Part shown: positions 58,801 to 64,000 of the stretch, one piece after another
Numbering within the stretch: position 1 is the first letter of the stretch
Layout of the letters: the number at the start of each line of letters is the position of its first letter
Origin: Candidatus Latescibacterota bacterium
Lineage (GTDB): Bacteria > Latescibacterota > UBA2968
Assembly (NCBI GenBank): GCA_965204745.1
Contig: OZ242010.1
Coordinates: 2,528,001 to 2,592,000 of the forward strand
Reading direction: 5' to 3'
DNA: 64,000 nt
The notes under the pieces: generated by a model
What the model was told of the DNA's origin: nothing
The model's input: only the letters and a program-made list of their open reading frames with translations
The model's database searches: none
Program-made: the position numbers and the translations under genes

Positions 58801-61800
58801 GCCCCCTCGGCAGAGCAGACCGGCGTTCCCGTGCTGGGTAGCCCGACTGTGATGGTGGCGGCGAAGGTGGACACGCTGACCGTGACTTGGAATGCGGTGA
58901 ACGGGGCGACCGGCTACAAAGTGCAGTGGAAATCCGGGGCAGAGACTTATCCCACCTCCGATGAGGAGTCCGCCACGCGCGGGCAAGCCACAATCGCTGG
59001 CAGGAGTGCCACGACCTACAAAATTTCTGGGCTGACCGCAGGGACGCCCTACACGATTCGCGTCATCGCCACGCGTACCAATGTAGCCGACAGTGCCCCC
59101 TCGGCCGAAGTCATGGTGACCTCGGCGACCACCAGGCCCACCAATGTGCGCGTGACGTCGGGGCAGCTCCAACTCATTGTGGCTTGGACCGAGGCAACCG
59201 GCGCGAGGGGGTACAAGGTGCAGTGGAAGTCCGGTGGACAAAGCTATAACACGACGACTCGTCAGGTGGGGGTTTCTATGAACACCAGGACCTCCACGAT
59301 TGTGAACCTGACTTTTGGCACGACCTACACGGTTCGCGTCCTTGCCACCCTGGCAGGTGGGCTTAATAGCGATCCCTCGGACGAGGTCATGGGCACGCCC
59401 CAAGCGATCAATTACGACAGCGATGGCGATGGCCTCATCAATATTGAGACGCTGGCGCAACTGCATGCCATCCGCTGGGATCTCAACGGCGATGGGGTCG
59501 TCGCCGATAGTGATGCCGCGAACTACAACGCCGCCTTTCCCTACCGAGATACCACCAGCAATGTCCGGATGGGTTGTCCTTCCGGGACATGCACCGGCTA
59601 CGAACTGCTCAACAACCTAAATTTCGACACCGACGGGAGCGGGAGCATAACCTCTGCCGACACCTACCCCAACTGGACGCCCATCGGCAACTACTCGGCA
59701 ACGTTCAAAGGCAACAACAAGACGATCTCCAACCTGCACATCAACCGTGGCAGTTGGGATGATGTTGGGCTGTTTAGCCAGGTCGGCGGCAACATTTCCG
59801 GTCTGGGGCTGAAAAGTGTCAATGTAAGAGGCAGAAATCGAGTGGGTGGGTTGGTCGGTAATCAGGTGGGGGGGCGCATCCTGGGCTGTTTTGTCACGGG
59901 TCGCGTTGAGGGTACTGGTTACCATGTGGGCGGTTTGGTGGGTCATTCAATCGGCAATAATACCGTCATCGCGGTCAGCTATGCCAATGCTGAGGTCTCC
60001 GGAGGGCGGCTTCAAGAAGGGGTCGGCGGTTTGGTGGGCAGACTATATGCTACGGTGATAGCGTCCTACGCCATCGGGCCGGTGACTGGAAATAACAGGG
60101 TCGGCGGTTTGGTGGGGAGGTTGGACATTCCTCCTAGTTCGGTTAGTACCAGCTATGCCACGGGGGCAGTCACTGGGAACAACCAATCATCCACCTTTCT
60201 AGGCGGATTGATCGGGAGGGCACGAACCGGAGTGTCCCATAGTTACTGGGATAGGGAAAGTAGCGGTATCTCATCCAGTGATCGCGGCACGAGCCAGACC
60301 ACCAGCGCGTTGCAGTCAGAAACGGATTACAACGGCATCTACGCCACTTGGAATGTGGATGTCGATGGCAGGCCTGGCAATGACGATCCGTGGACCTTTG
60401 GCGCGGCGGATCAGTATCCGGTGTTGAAATATGCCGGCATGGACACCACCGCGCAATTTGCAATGCAACCGCCGGGCATTCCGACCAGTGTGACCGTGAC
60501 GCCACAAGGGGACACCTTGGACGTGCGTTGGACTGCGGCGAGTTATGCGACGGGGTACAAGGTGCAGTGGAAATCCGGCGGGCAGAACTACGCCGCCTCG
60601 CGTCAGGCCATCACCACGGATACGCGCTACAAGATCGCCAACTTGATCGGCGGGACGACTTACACAGTGCGTGTCATTGCCACCAAGACCGGTGTCCGCG
60701 ATGGTCGGCCCTCGGCAGAGCAGACCGGCGTTCTGCTGGGCATTCCGGCTGTGATGGTGGCGGCGACGGTGGACACGCTGACCGTGACTTGGAATGCGGT
60801 GGACGATGCCACCGGGTATAAGGTGCAGTGGAAATCGGGGTCAGAGACTTATCCTAACGCCGATGTGGCGTTGGCCACGCACGGGCAAGCTACTATCGCT
60901 GGCGGGCGCACCACGACCTACAAAATTTCTGGGCTGACCGCAGGGACGACCTACGCGATTCAAGTCATCGCCACGCGTACCAATGTAGCCGACAGTGCTC
61001 CTTCGGACGCGGTCATGGTGACCTTGGCGACAAACAAGCCCACCAATGTGAGCGTGACCCCGGGGCCGGTCCAACTCATTGTGCGTTGGACCGAGGCAAC
61101 CAGCGCGACAGGATACAAGGTGCAGTGGAAGTCCGGCGGACAAAGCTACAACACTTCTGATCGCCAGGCGACGGTCTCTGGGATGAGCACCACGACCTAC
61201 ACGATAGAGAACCTGACTTTTGGCACGACCTACACGGTGCGCGTCACTGCTACCCTGGCAGGTGGGACCGATAGCACGCCCTCGGACGAGGTCATGGGCA
61301 CGCCCTACGCGATCAATTACGACAGCGATGGCGATGGCCTCATCGACATTAAGACGCTGGCGCAACTGCATGCCATCCGCTGGGATCTCAACGGCGATGG
61401 GGTCGTCGCCGATACTGATACCACGAACTACAACGCCGCCTTTCCCAACCGCGATACCACCAGCAACGTCCGGATGGGTTGCCCTTCCGGAACCTGTACC
61501 GGCTACGAACTGCTCAACAACCTCAACTTTGACGAGAATGGCGACGGCGCAATCACCCAAGCAGACACTACCTACTGGAACGGCGGCACGGGTTGGGTAC
61601 CTATTGGGACTTACACCGGTACGTTCAAAGGTAATAACAAGACCATCTCCAATCTGTATATATCCTACCGATATCCAAGCCGAAGCTACAATGTTGGGCT
61701 GTTTTCAAACGTGAGTGGCGATATTTCTGGGGTTGGATTGCTCAATGTCAATGTACACGCGGAAGATGTCGTTGGTGGGTTAGTTGGTACTCTGAACGGC

Positions 61801-64000
61801 GGGCGCATAACGGGTTGTTATGTCACCGGTTTTGTTGAGGGTGGTCGTCTCGGCGTGGGCGGTTTGGCCGGCCGGGCGGTGAGCAGTGGTCACATCGCGG
61901 CCTGCTATTCCCATGCCACCGTGAGAAAGTGGCCACCTTATGTGTATAACATCCTCTATAAAGTCGGCGGGTTGGTCGGTCACCTGGGTAGCGGTGCTTC
62001 AGTGACAGCGTCCTATGCCACCGGGCCGGTGTCGGGACACGGGGGAGGGAGCCATGTCAAATCAGCGAATGGCGGTCTCGTGGGTCAGAATGACGGTACG
62101 ATTACGGCAAGCTACGCCACGGGGACGGCGACGGCGGATTCGAACGACCTGACAGGCGGTCTGTACGCTACCGGTTCTGGCACAAGCCCCGCTAGCTATT
62201 GGGATACGGAAAGTAGCAGTCTCTCAACTAGTGCTGGCGGCACGGGCCAGACCACCAGCGCGTTGCAGTCGGAAACGGACTACGACGGCATCTACGCCAA
62301 TTGGAATGTGGATGTCGATGGCAGGCCTGGCAATGACGACCCGTGGACCTTCGGTGCGGCGGATCAGTATCCCGTGTTGAAATATGCCGGCATGGATACC
62401 ACCGTGCAATTTCAACGCCAAGAAGAAGTGGCGCAGGTGACGTTGGTTTTATCTCCGGCGTCGATTGCGGAGACGGGCGCAGTTTCGACCGTAACGGCGA
62501 CGCTGGATCGCCGCGCGAGCGCGGCGACGACGATCACGGTTTCAGCGGAGGCTGTGTCGCCTGCGGTTGCGAGTGCCTTCACGCTATCGAACGCGAAAAC
62601 GCTGACCATCGCGGCGAATGCGACGACGAGCACGGGCACCGTGACGATCACAGCGGTGAACGACATGACCGATGCGCCGGACAAGCACGTGACCGTGTCT
62701 GCAACGGTGCAGGGTGGCAATGGGGCGTCGCTATCGTCTGCCGCGACATTGACGATCACAGACGATGACGCCGCGCCGGACGTGGCACTGACGCTGTCGC
62801 CCGCGTCCATCTCGGAGGCCGGCGGTGTCTCGACGGTGACTGCGACGCTGTCTCATGCGTCAAGCGCGGCGACGACGATCACGGTGCGCCCGGTGGCGGA
62901 TGCCTACACGGTGGGGTCGGATTCGACGATCATCATCGCGGCCGGGAGCACGGCGAACGCGACGGACACCGTGGTCATTACAGCGGTGAACAACACCCAA
63001 GACGCGCCTAATCGCGACGTGACCGTGTCCGGTGTGGCTGGCAACGCCCAAGGCGTGGGCAGTGTGACCGAGGCGACCTTGACGCTGGAGGACGATGACG
63101 CCGCGCCGGACGTGACGCTAATGCTGTCGCCCGCGTCCATCTCGGAGGCCGGCGGTGTCTCGACGGTGACTGCGACGCTGTCTCATGCGTCAAGCGCGGC
63201 GACGACGATCACGGTGCGCCCGGTGGCTGGTGCCTACACGGTGGGTTCGGATACGACGATCACCATCGCGGCCGGGAGTACGACGAACGCGTCGGACACG
63301 GTGGTGATCACGGCCGTGGACAACACCCGAGACGAGCCTGCGCGCGACGTGCCCGTGTCCGGTGTGGCACGCAACGCCCAAGGCGCAGGCAGGGTGATCG
63401 CGACATTGACGCTCATGGACGACGACGCTGCGCCCATAGCGACGTTGGCGGCGTCACCGTTGTCGATTTCGGAGAACCTCGGTGTTTCGACGATCACGGC
63501 GACGCTATCGCGTCCATCGAGCTCGGCAACGACGATCACAGTGCGCCCGGTGGCGGGGGCTTACACGGTGGCGGCGGATTCGACGATCACCATCGCGGCC
63601 GGGAGTACGGCGAACGCGTCGGACACGGTGGTCATCACAGCGGTGAACAATACCCAAGACGCGCCTAATCGCGACGTGGACATGTCCGTTGTGGCGGGCA
63701 ACGCCCAAGGCGCGAGGGTGACCACGACTTTGACTTTGACGCTGGAGGACGACGACCCTGCACCAACAGCGACGTTGGCGGCGTCACCGGCGTCGATTTC
63801 GGAGAACGGCGCGGTTTCGACGATCACGGCGTCACTATCGCGTCCGTCGAGCGCGGCGACGACGATCACGGTGCGCCCGGTGGCGGGTGCTTACACGGTG
63901 GGGTCGGATACGACGATCACCATCGCGGCCGGGGACACGACGAACGCGTCGGACACGGTGGTCATTACAGCGGTGGACAATCCCCAAGACGCGCCTAATC
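52900..64000 (+). CDS. Giant secreted repeat protein (4 GLUG-type modules, 17 FN3-like repeats, Calx-beta-like repeats); 3' truncated, at least 3700 aa
   Basis: MMPRYAHLLALVVLAMLVASGPAFA-QTDYDTDNDNLI...; frame stays in register to the window end at every point checked; VGGLVG motifs; ATGYKVQWKSG-like motif x17; TITDDDAAP repeats. Confidence 0.88.
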   Translation, partial: MMPRYAHLLALVVLAMLVASGPAFAQTDYDTDNDNLIDVTSLAQLNAIRWDLNGDGAIDASASTSDTTAYNAAFPNAMSGMGCQSTCTGYELLNNLDFDENSDNEITSADATYWNSGAGWAPIGNSETKYTGTFHGNDNTISNLFIDRSAANDIGLFGFAEGGTIRNLSLVNADVTGNAETAVLVGEGNRLHLLHIRVTGQVGGFARSAGLVGTLAHGNSTITACRSEVDVTGSFAPTGRDFQGSSQSGTFGGLVGWNSGTITASYATGTVIGYSHVGGLVGFNGNTIEPRASIRASYATGAATGRGNVGGLVGSNFYSSTITGSYAIGPSISTANFTSVGGLVGFNFGSTVNHSYYDSTATGRSDAGRGAPQTTADLQTPTRYTGIYQTWNLNLDGQPGGDDPWTFGATDQYPVLKYAGMDTTAQYNLQPPSIPTSVTMTIKADTLDVRWRAVSGATGYKVQWKSGTQSYDTASREATTTDTRHKIPNLTFGTTYTVRVIATKTGVRDGLPSADQSLFISLGSPTVMASAKMDTLTVTWNAVPIATGYKVQWKSGVATYPTADLTSAATHGQATIVGGSTTTYKISNVTAGTTYTVRVIATSTNVNIADSDPSEEVMVTAATNKPTNVRLTPGHLQLLVAWSEATGATGYKVQWKSGGQSYDPSSRQATVFGMSTTTHAIENLTFGTTYTVRVFATLAGGSDSDPSDELMGVPLGIDYDGDGDGLIDITTLAQLNAIRYDLDGNGDATHAVYAAAFPSRDTTSSIRMGCPSGTCTGYELLNNLDFDENGDGEITSADATYWNGNAGWPPIGGTYTGTFKGNNKTISNLYINRLTAELGGVEVGLFGSVSGNISGLGLKNVNVNGAYEVGGLVGEQVGGRILGCFVTGRVEAHFSDSGRHGAGGLVGISSLGRDTAPSVIAASYANAEVIFRNARAAGGLVGATGQITQIIASYAIGPATGWRAVGGLGGNTGTGTTISASYATGTVTGTNSELNIQQAYLGGLVGSRGVSSDPLERRRAGTTSSYWDTESSGISVSPAGTGQTTSALQSETSYDGIYASWDVDVDGRPGNDAPWTFGAADQYPVLKYAGMDTTVQFAMQPPGIPTSVTVTPQGSTLDVRWTAASYAMGYKVQWKSGMQSYDASREAITTDTRTRIPNLAVGTTYTVRVIATKTGARDGRPSAEQTGVIFVLGSPTVMVAAKLDTLTVTWNMVTSATGYKVQWKSGSETYPNADEESALRGQATLVGGSTTTYKIPNVTTGTTYTVRVIATRTNVADSAPSEEVTVLVSPTGVMVRATVDTLTVTWNAVDDATGYKVQWKSGSETYPNADSQAATHGQATISDGGTTTYDISGLTAGTTYTVRIIATSTNSNVADSVPSEEVTGVPLLGSPPGVDVSATVDTLTVTWNAVDDATGYKVQWKSGSETYPNADSQAATHGQATITGGSATTYDISGLTAGTTYTIRVIATHTNVADSAPSEEVTGVPVLDSPTVMVAATVDTLTVTWNVVDDATGYKVQWKSGLETYPNADLASALRGQATLVGGSTTTYKIPNVTTGTTYTVRVIATRTNVADSAPSEEVTGVPVLGSPTVEVSATVDTLTVTWNVVDDATGYKVQWKSGSETYPNADEESALRGQATLVGGSTTTYKIPNVTTGTTYTVRVIATRTNVADSAPSEEVTVLVSPTGVMVRATVDTLTVTWNAVNGATGYKVQWKSGSETYPAADLESATRGQATIAGGSATTYKISGLTTGTTYTIRIIATSTNSNVADSVPSAEQTGVPVLGSPTGVDVVRVKVDTLTVTWNAVDDATGYKVQWKSGAATYPNADLTLATHGQATIAGRRTTTYKISGLTAGTTYTIRIIATRTNVADSAPSAEQTGVPVLGSPTVMVSATVDTLTVTWNAVPLATGYKVQWKSGSETYPPSDEESATHGQATIAGGSATTYKISGLTAGTTYTVRVIATRTNVADSAPSAEQTGVPVLGSPTVMVAAKVDTLTVTWNAVNGATGYKVQWKSGAETYPTSDEESATRGQATIAGRSATTYKISGLTAGTPYTIRVIATRTNVADSAPSAEVMVTSATTRPTNVRVTSGQLQLIVAWTEATGARGYKVQWKSGGQSYNTTTRQVGVSMNTRTSTIVNLTFGTTYTVRVLATLAGGLNSDPSDEVMGTPQAINYDSDGDGLINIETLAQLHAIRWDLNGDGVVADSDAANYNAAFPYRDTTSNVRMGCPSGTCTGYELLNNLNFDTDGSGSITSADTYPNWTPIGNYSATFKGNNKTISNLHINRGSWDDVGLFSQVGGNISGLGLKSVNVRGRNRVGGLVGNQVGGRILGCFVTGRVEGTGYHVGGLVGHSIGNNTVIAVSYANAEVSGGRLQEGVGGLVGRLYATVIASYAIGPVTGNNRVGGLVGRLDIPPSSVSTSYATGAVTGNNQSSTFLGGLIGRARTGVSHSYWDRESSGISSSDRGTSQTTSALQSETDYNGIYATWNVDVDGRPGNDDPWTFGAADQYPVLKYAGMDTTAQFAMQPPGIPTSVTVTPQGDTLDVRWTAASYATGYKVQWKSGGQNYAASRQAITTDTRYKIANLIGGTTYTVRVIATKTGVRDGRPSAEQTGVLLGIPAVMVAATVDTLTVTWNAVDDATGYKVQWKSGSETYPNADVALATHGQATIAGGRTTTYKISGLTAGTTYAIQVIATRTNVADSAPSDAVMVTLATNKPTNVSVTPGPVQLIVRWTEATSATGYKVQWKSGGQSYNTSDRQATVSGMSTTTYTIENLTFGTTYTVRVTATLAGGTDSTPSDEVMGTPYAINYDSDGDGLIDIKTLAQLHAIRWDLNGDGVVADTDTTNYNAAFPNRDTTSNVRMGCPSGTCTGYELLNNLNFDENGDGAITQADTTYWNGGTGWVPIGTYTGTFKGNNKTISNLYISYRYPSRSYNVGLFSNVSGDISGVGLLNVNVHAEDVVGGLVGTLNGGRITGCYVTGFVEGGRLGVGGLAGRAVSSGHIAACYSHATVRKWPPYVYNILYKVGGLVGHLGSGASVTASYATGPVSGHGGGSHVKSANGGLVGQNDGTITASYATGTATADSNDLTGGLYATGSGTSPASYWDTESSSLSTSAGGTGQTTSALQSETDYDGIYANWNVDVDGRPGNDDPWTFGAADQYPVLKYAGMDTTVQFQRQEEVAQVTLVLSPASIAETGAVSTVTATLDRRASAATTITVSAEAVSPAVASAFTLSNAKTLTIAANATTSTGTVTITAVNDMTDAPDKHVTVSATVQGGNGASLSSAATLTITDDDAAPDVALTLSPASISEAGGVSTVTATLSHASSAATTITVRPVADAYTVGSDSTIIIAAGSTANATDTVVITAVNNTQDAPNRDVTVSGVAGNAQGVGSVTEATLTLEDDDAAPDVTLMLSPASISEAGGVSTVTATLSHASSAATTITVRPVAGAYTVGSDTTITIAAGSTTNASDTVVITAVDNTRDEPARDVPVSGVARNAQGAGRVIATLTLMDDDAAPIATLAASPLSISENLGVSTITATLSRPSSSATTITVRPVAGAYTVAADSTITIAAGSTANASDTVVITAVNNTQDAPNRDVDMSVVAGNAQGARVTTTLTLTLEDDDPAPTATLAASPASISENGAVSTITASLSRPSSAATTITVRPVAGAYTVGSDTTITIAAGDTTNASDTVVITAVDNPQDAPN

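Noticed and set aside
1-64000. tRNA, rRNA, prophage or intact transposase genes
   Set aside because: None recognisable. The ATCACCTCCTT at 31901 matches a 16S 3' end but is an isolated 11-mer, interpreted as an SD on the minus strand.

Overview
GC-rich bacterial chromosome segment. The RpoA N-terminus, GWxTD/PorV/DUF6785 gene content and repeat-rich surface proteins suggest, by inference only, an FCB-group organism such as Latescibacterota/Gemmatimonadota, possibly a sponge symbiont. Bases 1-9773 hold the distal S10, spc and alpha ribosomal operon (rpsC to rplQ, with secY directly followed by rpmJ), then greA on the minus strand. The rest is accessory DNA. (1) An Omp85-like barrel, a Ser/Thr kinase with a YWTD propeller, NTT, NTT-HEAT, a cNMP-binding protein, a response regulator and TPR-PpiC. 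(2) Two GWxTD-TPR proteins. (3) Two paralogous operons of TonB-dependent receptor, secreted protein with a T9SS-like C-terminal domain and PorV-like barrel, neither with SusD; the second continues into a DUF6785 membrane protein and a SelA-like PLP enzyme. This triad is my best candidate for an undescribed system. (4) A DUF1552/DUF1592 pair. (5) A giant GLUG/FN3/Calx-beta-like surface protein of at least 3700 aa, missing from the ORF track because it runs off the window, preceded by a C25 tract. Intergenic DNA holds a layered set of small repeats: a ~435-bp MITE with TWA target duplications (one copy contains an IS5-like transposase remnant), GTAG REPs, a ~175-bp BIME-like unit, and two 28-36-nt hairpin micro-inserts that land inside other repeats. 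All family assignments are by motif recognition; no searches were run.
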